Source: Candidatus Methylomirabilota bacterium (GTDB lineage: Bacteria > Methylomirabilota > Methylomirabilia > Rokubacteriales > CSP1-6). Taken from it: DNA of 64,000 bases. This document shows, piece after piece, positions 33,975-42,129 of the stretch. Made by a program: the position numbers and the translations under genes. The stretch is from contig DASYUQ010000033.1 in assembly GCA_036001065.1 (NCBI GenBank), positions 37,283 through 101,282 on the forward strand, written 5' to 3'. The notes under the pieces are model-generated. The model made no database searches and was not told where the DNA came from. It worked only from the letters and a program-made list of their open reading frames with translations. How positions within the stretch are numbered: position 1 is the first letter of the stretch; every line of letters begins with the position of its first letter.

Positions 33975-35318
33975 ATGGCCAAGCTCCACCTGATCACGTA
34001 TGGCTGTCAGATGAACGAGTACGACTCGGAGCGCGTCGCCGGGCTGCTCAAGGCACACGCCTACGAGCTGACCGACAGCGAGACGGAGGCCGACCTCATC
34101 CTCGTCAACACCTGCGCGATCCGCGAGAAGGCCGAGGAGAAGGTCTTCTCGAAGCTGGGGCAGCTCCGCGCCCTCAAAGCCCGGCGGCCCGAGCTGATCG
34201 TCGGCGTCATGGGATGCATGGCCCAGCTCCACCAGGGGGAGATCCAGCGGCGCGCGCCGGGCGTCGACCTGGTCTTCGGCTCGCCCGCCATCGCCAGGGT
34301 CGGCGAACTGGTGGAGCGGGTGAAACGGGAAGGCCGCCCCGTGCTGGAGACCGGCGAGGCTCCGCTGGTGAAGATCACGGCGACGCCCGAGGGCACCTCG
34401 CGCCTGAAGTCCTACGTCACGGTCATGGAGGGATGCGAGAAGCACTGCACCTTCTGCGTCGTGCCCGTGACCCGCGGGCGCCAGCGGAGCCACTCGCCCG
34501 AGTCCATCCTGGCCGAGGTCGGCGGACTGGCCGCCGAAGGCTGCCGGGAGGTGACGCTCCTCGGCCAGACGGTGGAGATGTACGGCCGCGACCTCACGCC
34601 GCCCACCGATCTCGCCGCGCTGATGGAGCGCGTCGACGCGATCGAAGGCCTCGAGCGCATCCGCTTCACGACCTCGAATCCCTTCAACTTCACGACCCGG
34701 CTGATCCACGCGATCCGCGACATTCCCAAGGTGTGCGAGTACGTCCACCTGCCCCTGCAGTCGGCCGCCAATCGCGTGCTCGAGCGCATGAACCGCGGGT
34801 ACACCCGCCAGCGTTACCTCGAGCTGATCGCGGAGCTCCGCGAGGCGGTGCCCGAGGTGGCCCTCTCGACCGACCTCATCGTCGGCTTCCCCGGCGAGAC
34901 GGAGGATGACTTCGAGGCGACCCTCGACGTGGTCGAGCGCGTCGGCTACGACAACGCCTTCGTCTTCCGCTACTCCCCCCGGCCGGGCACGCCCGCCGCG
35001 ACGATGCCTGATCAGATTCCGCTCGAGGTGAAGGCCCAGCGCAACAGCCGTCTGCTGGAGGTCGCCGCGCGCGCGGCCGCCGAGCGCAGCCGCCGGCTCC
35101 AGGACCGGATCGTCGAAGTGTTCGTGGACGGCCGCTCCCGGAAGAACGCCCACGAGCTCCAGGGCCGCACGCGCTGCAACCGGGTCGTCAACTTCGAGGC
35201 GGATGGCCGCGCGGCGGTCGGCGACATCGTGGCGATTCAGATCACCGATGTGCTGCCCCACAGCCTGCGGGGGGCGCTCGCTTCGCTACCGGAGGAGACC
35301 GTATGTTTGTCGAGATGA
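33975..35318 (+). CDS. miaB: tRNA-2-methylthio-N6-dimethylallyladenosine synthase
   Basis: MTTase N-terminal domain (HLITYGCQMNEYDSE), radical-SAM CxxxCxxC (CEKHCTFCVVP), TRAM domain. Confidence 0.93.
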   Translation: MAKLHLITYGCQMNEYDSERVAGLLKAHAYELTDSETEADLILVNTCAIREKAEEKVFSKLGQLRALKARRPELIVGVMGCMAQLHQGEIQRRAPGVDLVFGSPAIARVGELVERVKREGRPVLETGEAPLVKITATPEGTSRLKSYVTVMEGCEKHCTFCVVPVTRGRQRSHSPESILAEVGGLAAEGCREVTLLGQTVEMYGRDLTPPTDLAALMERVDAIEGLERIRFTTSNPFNFTTRLIHAIRDIPKVCEYVHLPLQSAANRVLERMNRGYTRQRYLELIAELREAVPEVALSTDLIVGFPGETEDDFEATLDVVERVGYDNAFVFRYSPRPGTPAATMPDQIPLEVKAQRNSRLLEVAARAAAERSRRLQDRIVEVFVDGRSRKNAHELQGRTRCNRVVNFEADGRAAVGDIVAIQITDVLPHSLRGALASLPEETVCLSR

Positions 35319-35809
35319 AGGTGCGCGGGCTGGCGCTCGACCCACTGTCCAACATGCCGATCATCATTCTGCGCGATGAGGAGGACAAGCGCTCGCTCCC
35401 CATCTGGGTGGGCATCTTCGAGGCCAACGCCATCGCGCTCGAGCTCGAAAAGATCTCGACCCCCCGGCCCATGACCCACGACCTGATCAAGAACATCCTG
35501 GAGACGATCGACGCCCGCGTGCTCAAGGTCGTCGTCACCGATCTCAAGGAGAACACCTTCTTCGCGGTGCTCCACATCCAGGTCGGCGACACCGAATACA
35601 CGGTCGACTCGCGGCCCTCGGACGCCATCGCGCTGGCCCTCCGGGTGGCCGCGCCCATCTACGTGGACGAAGAGGTCGTCCGCAAGGCCAAGAGCCTCGA
35701 GGTCACGACGAAGGAAGCCGAGCCCGTGAAGGCCGATGATCCGGAACGGATCCGCGAGTGGCTCGGCAAGATCAAGCCGGAGGATTTCGAGAAGTTCAAC
35801 AAAACCTAG
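35303..35809 (+). CDS. Bifunctional nuclease (BFN/DUF151) family protein
   Basis: 168 aa. Family-typical N-terminal half (LSNMPIIILRDEEDKRSLPIWVGIFEANAIA). Overlaps the miaB 3' end. Confidence 0.7.
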   Translation: MFVEMKVRGLALDPLSNMPIIILRDEEDKRSLPIWVGIFEANAIALELEKISTPRPMTHDLIKNILETIDARVLKVVVTDLKENTFFAVLHIQVGDTEYTVDSRPSDAIALALRVAAPIYVDEEVVRKAKSLEVTTKEAEPVKADDPERIREWLGKIKPEDFEKFNKT

Positions 35810-35821
35810 CGGGTCGTCTCG

Positions 35822-36982
35822 GTGCGTGTCGCGCTCTTCACCAACAACTACTTGCCGTTCTGCGGGGGCGTCACGACGTCGGTCGAGACGCTCCGCCGGG
35901 GACTCGAGGTCCGGGGCCACGACGTCTGGGTCTTCGCCCCCCGCTTTCCCGGGGCCGCCGCCGGTGAGCCGCGCGTCGTCCGGTATCCGTCGATCCCCGC
36001 CGCCACCTATCCCGAGTTCTCGCTGGCGGTCCCGTTCTGGCCGGGGATGGCCGAGCGGATCCGACGGCTCGACGTCGACGTCTTCCACGCTCACCACCCC
36101 TTCCTGCTGGGGCCCGCCGCCCGCCGGCTCGCGCGCCGGCACCACCGCCCGCTCGTCTTCACCTATCACACGCGGTACGAGAAGTACGCTCATTACGTGC
36201 CGCTCCGCCGCAGCCTCGTGGAGGCGGCCGCGGTCCGGTTCAGCACGCGGTTCGCCGCGCGCGCCCACGCCGTCCTCGCGCCGTCCACGGTCATCCGAGA
36301 CGAGCTGCGCGCGCGCGGCGTGCCGACGCCGATCACGGTCGTGCCGACGGGGATCGATCTGGAGCGCTTCAGCCCGGGCGATCAGGCCGCCGCCCGGCGC
36401 ACGCTGGGCCTCGACCCCCGCGCCCTCGTGCTCCTCTACGTGGGGCGCCTCGACCGCGAAAAGAGCGTCGATCGTATCGTGCGGGCGTTCGAGCGGGTCG
36501 CGGGCACCATGGCCCGCGCGCGGCTGGTGCTGGTGGGGCAGGGGACCCGGGCCGACCACCTCCGCCGGCTCGCGGATTCGCTGGCGCTGCGAGACCGCGT
36601 CCACTTCCTCGGGGTCCGGCCCCACGACACCCTCCCCGCCTGCTATCGGGCCGCCGACCTCTTCCTGTTCGCCTCCGAGACCGAGACCCAGGGGCTCGTG
36701 CTGGCCGAGGCCGCGGCCTGCGGCGTGCCCGCCGTCGCGGTCGACGCGCCGGGATGCGACGAGGTGGTGCGTGACGGCGAGACGGGCCTGCTCACGAAGG
36801 CGGACCCCGCGGCGCTGGCCGAGGCCGCCATCGGGCTGCTGCTGGACACCGAGCGGCGAGGCGCGATGGGCCGCCGGGCCCGGGAGATCGCCCTACGCGA
36901 GTTCGACGCGCGCCTGCAGATCGACCGCACGCTCGAGGTCTACGCGGAGGCCGGTGACCACCTCGGGGGGAGTGTCCGCTGA
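35822..36982 (+). CDS. Glycosyltransferase family 4 (GT-B fold)
   Basis: N-terminal MRVALFTNNYLPFCGGVTT and a C-terminal EX7E-like region (FASETETQGLVLAEAAACGVP). Confidence 0.85.
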   Translation: MRVALFTNNYLPFCGGVTTSVETLRRGLEVRGHDVWVFAPRFPGAAAGEPRVVRYPSIPAATYPEFSLAVPFWPGMAERIRRLDVDVFHAHHPFLLGPAARRLARRHHRPLVFTYHTRYEKYAHYVPLRRSLVEAAAVRFSTRFAARAHAVLAPSTVIRDELRARGVPTPITVVPTGIDLERFSPGDQAAARRTLGLDPRALVLLYVGRLDREKSVDRIVRAFERVAGTMARARLVLVGQGTRADHLRRLADSLALRDRVHFLGVRPHDTLPACYRAADLFLFASETETQGLVLAEAAACGVPAVAVDAPGCDEVVRDGETGLLTKADPAALAEAAIGLLLDTERRGAMGRRAREIALREFDARLQIDRTLEVYAEAGDHLGGSVR

Positions 36983-37038
36983 TGCCGGAGCGCCGGTGAG
37001 CGCTCCTGTGTCAACCCAAAAGTCGCGCGCGCTTCCTC

Positions 37039-37144
37039 GCGCGCCGGCTTCGCCGGCGCAACCCTCCGGGGTGGTTGGGAGGGGGCCGCGAGGCCCCTTC
37101 CGACCAGGGATCTCGGAGGGGGCCTTCGAGGCCCCCTCCGATCT
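37039..37144 (+). repeat. REP-like repeat, copy B
   Basis: CGCCGGCTTCGCCGGCGCAACCCTCCGGGGTGGTTGGGAGGGGGCCGCGAGGCCCCTTCCGAC..GGAGGGGGCCTTCGAGGCCCCCTCCGATCT-ATG. Between the GT4 gene and the hypothetical 37145 ORF. Confidence 0.75.
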
Positions 37145-37513
37145 ATGAGCGCCCGCGGGGAGGGGCTGCGGCGTATCGAGAAGGACATCGTCGCCGAGAA
37201 GGCGGCGACCCTCGGCCGCGCCGGCGAGCGCCTGGAGCAGGCCCTGGCCGAGGTGACCGAGCTCGGCGCCCGGCTCGCTGCGGCCACCGATCCCCAGGAG
37301 CGTGCCCGCCTCGGTCCCGAGTACGAGCGCGCGCGCGCGCGCGCCGCCAGCGCGCGGCTCGGGCTCCTGATTCAGCGTGAGGCGATCGGCCTGCGCCATC
37401 ACCGGATCGTGGACCAGCAGTTTCCCGAACCGCCACCGCTCGAGGCGGGGCCTTGCAGCCGGGGGACGGCAGTCGCAGGGAGCGCATCGACCGCGCCGAC
37501 CCCGCTGCCATGA
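37145..37513 (+). CDS. Hypothetical 122-aa coiled-coil protein, translationally coupled (ATGA) to the PaaK-like ligase gene
   Basis: GC3-rich coding texture. Its ATG (37145) is supplied by the end of repeat copy B, the same CTATGAGCGC junction as kdsA. Confidence 0.45.
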   Translation: MSARGEGLRRIEKDIVAEKAATLGRAGERLEQALAEVTELGARLAAATDPQERARLGPEYERARARAASARLGLLIQREAIGLRHHRIVDQQFPEPPPLEAGPCSRGTAVAGSASTAPTPLP

Positions 37514-38817
37514 TCTGGAACACGGCGGCCGAGACGCAGCCGCGAGCCGAGCGCGAAGCGCTCCAGCTGGCCCGCCTGCGAGACACCGTAGCCTGGGCCG
37601 CCGAGCGCGTGCCGTTCTACCGGGAGCGCCTGTCGGGCGCCTCCCTACGTAGCCTCGACGACCTGGCGCGCCTGCCGTGCACGCGCAAGGACGAGCTCCG
37701 CGCCCAGTACCCCTTCGGGCTCTTCGCCGTCCCCCAGTCGGAGCTCGCGCGCCTCCACGCCTCCTCGGGCACGAAAGGCAAGCCCACGGTGGTCGGTTAC
37801 ACCGCGGCGGACCTCGACGTCTGGCGCGAGGTCATGGCCCGCGTGATGGTGGCCGCCGGAGCACGGGCGGGTGATCTGCTGCACGTCGCGTTCGGCTACG
37901 GCCTCTTCACGGGCGGCCTCGGATTCCACCAGGGCGCCGAGCGCATCGGCCTGACCGTGGTGCCGGCTTCCTCGGGCAACACGGCGCGCCAGTGTCTGCT
38001 GCTCCGTGACCTCCGGCCCTCCGGCATCGCCGCGACGCCCTCCTTCGCCCTCCATATCGCCGAGACGCTGGCCGAGCAGGGGAGCAAGCCGGGGGAGACC
38101 GGGCTCCGCTACGGGATGTTCGGCGCCGAGCCCTGGAGCGAGGGCCTGCGCCACGCGATCGAGGCCGGGCTCGGCTGCCGCGCCTGCGACATCTACGGCC
38201 TCTCGGAGATCATCGGCCCCGGGGTGTCGGGAGAGTGCGAGGCGCGCGAAGGGCTCCACATCTGTGACGACCACTTCCTGCCCGAGGTCGTCGATCCCGC
38301 GTCCGGGGCCCCGCTGCCGCCGGGACGTCAGGGAGAGCTCGTCCTCACGACGCTCACCAAGCGCGCCATGCCCCTGATCCGCTACCGCACCGGCGACATC
38401 ACCGCGCTGACACTCGAGCCCTGCCGCTGCGGGCGGAGCTCCGCGCGAATGGCGCGACTCATCGGCCGGGCCGACGATATGCTTATCATCAAGGGAGTCA
38501 ACGTCTATCCCTCGGAGGTCGAGCAGGCGTTGCTGGACCTGGAGGACTTGGTGCCGCAGTACCGGCTGGTGGTCGACCGGACCGGGACCCTGGCGCGGGT
38601 CGAGGTGCAGGTCGAGCCGGCGCGGGCGTTCCTGGAGCGGTGCGGCAATCTGGAATCCGGCGGCCCGGCGGTGGCGGCGCTGCGCGAGCGGGTGGCCGGC
38701 CGCCTGCGCGCGGCCCTCGGGCTGAGCGTGGACGTAACGCTCCTGCCGGCCCGGACGCTTCCGCGCTCGGAGGGCAAGGCGGTTCGGGTCGTCGAACGAA
38801 CGGAGGGCAAGCGATGA
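37510..38817 (+). CDS. paaK: Phenylacetate-CoA ligase family (PaaK-like adenylate-forming enzyme)
   Basis: SSGTKGKPTVVGYT AMP-binding motif. YGLSE.. and C-terminal blocks of the PaaK/CapK/F390-synthetase family. 435 aa. Confidence 0.8.
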   Translation: MIWNTAAETQPRAEREALQLARLRDTVAWAAERVPFYRERLSGASLRSLDDLARLPCTRKDELRAQYPFGLFAVPQSELARLHASSGTKGKPTVVGYTAADLDVWREVMARVMVAAGARAGDLLHVAFGYGLFTGGLGFHQGAERIGLTVVPASSGNTARQCLLLRDLRPSGIAATPSFALHIAETLAEQGSKPGETGLRYGMFGAEPWSEGLRHAIEAGLGCRACDIYGLSEIIGPGVSGECEAREGLHICDDHFLPEVVDPASGAPLPPGRQGELVLTTLTKRAMPLIRYRTGDITALTLEPCRCGRSSARMARLIGRADDMLIIKGVNVYPSEVEQALLDLEDLVPQYRLVVDRTGTLARVEVQVEPARAFLERCGNLESGGPAVAALRERVAGRLRAALGLSVDVTLLPARTLPRSEGKAVRVVERTEGKR

Positions 38818-39635
38818 GCGACCTCGAGAAGGACATGATGGCGAAGATCGGGAGCGGCATCCGGCTGGAGTCGCCCGACGAAATGACGCCGGAGTATCGC
38901 GAGCACCTCGTGCACCTCATGACGATGCAGGCGGACTCGGAGCTGGCGGGCGGCTACGGCTACGTGCCGTGGATCACCAAGGCCCCGATCGTCGAGGAAA
39001 AGCACGTCGTGGCCCAGATCGTGAAGGACGAGCTCCGCCACGCCACGGTGCTGTACGGGCTGCTGGCCGATCTGGGTGTCGACGTCGAGCACCACGTGAG
39101 CGCCCACGACGAGATCTTCACGATGCGCATCGACCGCGATGCCGACCTCGGCACTAAGCGAATCACGAGTGACAAACGCGTGAACATTTTCTATTACCCA
39201 ATAGAGACATGGGCGGATTTCATATTCTTCAACTTCTGCATGGACCGCGGCGCCGGCCACCAGCTGGAGGACGTGCGCCACTGTTCCTACGGCCCCTGGG
39301 TCCGGGCCATCGAGGGCATCTTCAAGGAAGAGAAGTTCCACATCCGCCACGGCGAGTTCTGGGTGAAGAAGCTCGCGGACGACCCGGCGACGCACGACGA
39401 GGCCCAGGCTACCTTCAACAAGTGGTACATCCGGACGATGAATATCTTCGGGCGGCCGGGCTCGCCGAAGAACCGGCGCTACCGCGAGCTCCGGCTCAAG
39501 GCGCGCGACAACGACCAGGTCCGCCAGGCGTTCGCCACCGAGGTGAAGGCGCTCGGCGAGAAGTTCGGTCTGCAGGTGCCGGAGTGGAAGCCCAGGTGGG
39601 CGGACCTGCCGGAAGAAGCCCACATTCCCGGGTGA
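38814..39635 (+). CDS. PaaA/PaaC-family ferritin-like di-iron oxygenase subunit
   Basis: Two ExxH di-iron motifs (VKDELRH, QLEDVRH). PaaA-like blocks (WITKAP, YYP..TWADFIFF, SYGPW). The start overlaps the paaK stop. Confidence 0.7.
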   Translation: MSDLEKDMMAKIGSGIRLESPDEMTPEYREHLVHLMTMQADSELAGGYGYVPWITKAPIVEEKHVVAQIVKDELRHATVLYGLLADLGVDVEHHVSAHDEIFTMRIDRDADLGTKRITSDKRVNIFYYPIETWADFIFFNFCMDRGAGHQLEDVRHCSYGPWVRAIEGIFKEEKFHIRHGEFWVKKLADDPATHDEAQATFNKWYIRTMNIFGRPGSPKNRRYRELRLKARDNDQVRQAFATEVKALGEKFGLQVPEWKPRWADLPEEAHIPG

Positions 39636-39638
39636 CCC

Positions 39639-40121
39639 ATGACACCTCGTTACGGCGCGCCCGCTCCCGACTTCGCGCTCCCCTCCAGCCAGGGCGGGGA
39701 GGTCACCCTCGGAAGCTTCCGCGGCCAGGCCGACGTCGTGCTGGCCTTTTACTGCTACGACTGGGGCGGGATCTGAACTCCCGAGCTCACCGGCCTGGGC
39801 CAGGCCGCCGACCGCCTGCGTGAACGGGGGGCCGTCCTGCTGGCCATCAGCGGCGACAGTCCCTTCTGCCACACCGCCTTCGCCCAGGCCCGCAAGTTTC
39901 CGTTTCCGCTCCTGAGCGACGTGCACCGGACCGCGATCCGGGCCTACGGAGTGCTCGACGAGGACCGTAACGTGGCCTATCGCTCGACGTTCATCGTGGA
40001 CCGCGACGGGATCCTTCGCTGGGGGCAGGCCGGCGAGCGCCAGATGGTCCGGGAGGGGACCGAGATCCTCCGGGTCCTCGACCTCGTCGCCTCGCTGCGC
40101 CAGTCGGGGTCCAACGCATAG
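39639..40121 (+). CDS. Bcp/PrxQ-type peroxiredoxin with an in-frame UGA (39774-39776) at the peroxidatic-Cys position: candidate selenocysteine-containing peroxiredoxin
   Basis: Read-through translation is MTPRYGAPAPDFALPSSQGGEVTLGSFRGQADVVLAFYCYDWGGI-U-TPELTGLGQAADRLRERGAVLLAISGDSPFCHTAFAQARKFPFPLLSD... It aligns to E. coli Bcp ([33 protein letters not shown]...FTLLSD), so the U falls on Cp. Callers report only the 66-aa tail ORF (39921..40121). Confidence 0.7.
39791..39807 (+). promoter_or_regulatory. SECIS-like hairpin (CGGCCUG-GGC-CAGGCCG) 14 nt downstream of the Prx UGA
   Basis: A perfect 7-bp GC stem with a G-rich 3-nt loop. Spacing and loop G residues are compatible with bacterial SECIS elements. 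Confidence 0.45.
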
Positions 40122-40149
40122 TTGACATAATACCTCTTATCGGAAGTAC

Positions 40150-40171
40150 GCCCGCCGCGCTACGGGCGGGC
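40150..40171. terminator. GC hairpin (GCCCGCC-N8-GGCGGGC) between the convergent prx and TPR genes; possible bidirectional terminator
   Basis: 7-bp perfect stem. The TPR gene's stop lies in the loop. An AT-rich stretch (TTGACATAATACC) sits just upstream. Confidence 0.4.
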
Positions 40172-40783
40172 GCCGAGGCTGGCCAGCCGGCTGCGGACGT
40201 CATCGGCGCGCAGGCTGCCCGGCACGTCCCTGAGCACCCGCCGGTAGGTCGCGATGGCCGCCGCCGGGTTGCCGCTTAGCTCCTGGATGCGGGCCACGTC
40301 CACGAGCAGCTCCTCGTAACAGAACTCCCCGGGACGAAGCTCGGCCAGGCCCGCCTGGAATGCCTCGAGGGCCTTCGGGAAATTGCGCTCGGCCTCCCAC
40401 GTATAGCCGATCCCCGCGCGGGCGAGCGTCCGCAGCGTACGCGGAGCTCCCCGCGCGATGGCGACCTCATACACGCCCCGGGCGCCAGCGTAATTGCGGT
40501 CGGCGTAGCGGAGGTTGCCCAGCTCGTAGGCGGCCTGGGGAGCGAGGGCGGCGGACGGATGCCGGACGAGCGCGGCCTCGAGGTCCCGCACCGCAGCGGC
40601 CCGGACGTCGGGCGAGGGTTGCGGCCCGCGGCTCGACCCCAGGCGCGCCAGGGCGTCGGCGTAGGCCTCGGTCGCCTGGCGGTGCTGCGCCTCCGACCAC
40701 AGCCACGCGCCGCCCGCGACCCCGGCCAGCAAGACGACGGCGACCCCGACCCCCGCCGCCAGACGCCACGACGGCCACGTCAT
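40160..40783 (-). CDS. Membrane-anchored tetratricopeptide-repeat protein
   Basis: MTWPSWRLAAGVGVAVVLLAGVAGGAWLW TM anchor followed by TPR-like helices. Confidence 0.6.
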   Translation of the reverse strand: MTWPSWRLAAGVGVAVVLLAGVAGGAWLWSEAQHRQATEAYADALARLGSSRGPQPSPDVRAAAVRDLEAALVRHPSAALAPQAAYELGNLRYADRNYAGARGVYEVAIARGAPRTLRTLARAGIGYTWEAERNFPKALEAFQAGLAELRPGEFCYEELLVDVARIQELSGNPAAAIATYRRVLRDVPGSLRADDVRSRLASLGARP

Positions 40784-40977
40784 CGCACCCGCAGCCCTTT
40801 CCGGTACTGGCGCCCGCACGAGGTACACCGCAACCAGCCCTGGGACATGGCGCGGCGCACGATGTGGCCGCAGTGCGGGCAGCGCTGATATCTCTGCAGC
40901 CCGTAGAAGAAACCGAGGCCGACGACGATCACCGCGATGGCCATGACGATCTGCGACGGAGAGAAGACCGCCTCCAC
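40780..40977 (-). CDS. Small (65 aa) membrane protein with a C-terminal zinc-ribbon (CPHCG...CTSCG)
   Basis: One TM helix plus a CxxC-N12-CxxC motif. Its stop overlaps the start of the TPR gene. Confidence 0.5.
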   Translation of the reverse strand: MEAVFSPSQIVMAIAVIVVGLGFFYGLQRYQRCPHCGHIVRRAMSQGWLRCTSCGRQYRKGLRVR

Positions 40978-41165
40978 GGCTTCTTCATGCTAGCAGCGGG
41001 TCCCGCGGCTCGCGAGAAATCTTTTCTCACCAGTTCGGTGAAGAATTTCTCCTCGGCCGGCCGGCGGGTGTGGTAAAAGCAACGACCGTAACGGGCGTCC
41101 TCGCGCGGGAGCTCCCCGGCACGGCGCTTGCCGGCTTCTTCGCGGTTTCAAAAGGAGGCCTAGCG

Positions 41166-41366
41166 ATGCGGAGCGACCTGAACACACGCCTCACCGTCGA
41201 GGTTCGGCTGCTGCCCGACCCCTGCCTCTGGTGTTGGGAGATCCGGGACGCCGAGCGCGGCGACCTCGTCGAGAGTAGCTGGACCGGGGAGTGGACGGCC
41301 TACGACTCCGCCGATGAGGCGTATAGCGCCGGCCGCCGACGTCTGACCCGGCTGGCCGGTCGCTGA
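41166..41366 (+). CDS. Hypothetical small protein (66 aa)
   Basis: Strong RBS AAAGGAGG 8 nt upstream of the ATG. MRSDLNTRLTVEVRLLPDPCLWCWEIRDAERGDL... Confidence 0.45.
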   Translation: MRSDLNTRLTVEVRLLPDPCLWCWEIRDAERGDLVESSWTGEWTAYDSADEAYSAGRRRLTRLAGR

Positions 41367-41417
41367 GGCGGCGGGCCGGGCCACCCCGCGCGGGGCTGCC
41401 CGGCACGCCCACGGACC

Positions 41418-41676
41418 TACATCTTCACGCCCAGCATCTCCCGAGCGTCCTTGGCGACCTTCTCGGATTCCGCGTGCTTGCCGTCTGCGTGGAGCTTCTG
41501 GGCCTCGGCGGCCCTCATTTTCGCGCTGTAGCTCGCGTTGTCGAACCGCTTCCCGGCTTCGTTGTTGATCGCCGCGATCAGCTTCGGGCACTGGAACGCC
41601 AGCGCCGGCCCCGCGACGAGCAGCGCGCGGCCACGGCGACAACGGCGGACGTGAGGACGAGTCGATCCGTACGCAT
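41418..41676 (-). CDS. Small secreted protein gene interrupted by an apparent 1-nt frameshift inside its signal peptide (not in ORF track)
   Basis: ATG at 41676 gives MRTDRLVLTSAVVAVAAR, then the frame shifts within a (GC)n run. The -1 frame continues ALLVAGPALA/FQCPKLIAAINNEAGKRFDNASYSAKMRAAEAQKLHADGKHAESEKVAKDAREMLGVKM to TAG 41418-20. Confidence 0.4.
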
Positions 41677-41758
41677 GTGAGTCACCGCCCTTGGGCTGGC
41701 ATGAGAGCGTATAAGCGCAGTCGACAGAGGCGCGGTCGCGTCGGCTCAGCGGGTCGCC

Positions 41759-42073
41759 TCACTGCGGAATCTCGACGAAGACCACGCCGTTCTCCACGAT
41801 GACCGGGAAGCACGCGACCTTGAGACCGGGATTGTTGGCGTTGGCCCCGGTGGCCACGTCCCAGCGCCAGCCGTGCCACGGGCACGCGACGATGCGGCCT
41901 TCCAGATCGCCCTCACCCAGCGGGCCACCGCGGTGCGCGCACGTGTTGTCGAGGGCGTAGAACCGGCCTTCGATGTTGAACAACGCCAGGGTGTGGCCGC
42001 CCGCCTGGACGACCCGGCCCTCGCCGACGGGCACCTCGCTGACCGCGGCTACTTTCACCCGTGATTGTCCCAC
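41759..42073 (-). CDS. Rieske [2Fe-2S] domain protein (NirD-like small Rieske ferredoxin)
   Basis: CAHRGGPL...CPWHGW Rieske ligands. GTG start with a GGGAGGAGG RBS. Confidence 0.85.
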   Translation of the reverse strand: MGQSRVKVAAVSEVPVGEGRVVQAGGHTLALFNIEGRFYALDNTCAHRGGPLGEGDLEGRIVACPWHGWRWDVATGANANNPGLKVACFPVIVENGVVFVEIPQ

Positions 42074-42129
42074 CGCGTTGCCTCCTCCCTGCCCGGAATG
42101 CCCCTATAATAAGCGCGGAGGGCCCCTCG

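Noticed and set aside
39774-39776. TGA at 39774 and 55310 as evidence of genome-wide UGA reassignment (code 4 or 25)
   Set aside because: Most well-supported genes in the window terminate with TGA at the position expected from their families (pyrG, lptB, hpf, GT4, coaX and others), so UGA is a normal stop here. Only site-specific recoding fits.
40991-41060. Small palindromes GAGAAATCTTTTCTC and GAAGAATTTCTC in the divergent region between the zinc-ribbon gene and the 41166 ORF
   Set aside because: They are short, AT-rich and unsupported by any second copy. They could be an operator, but chance palindromes of this size are frequent.
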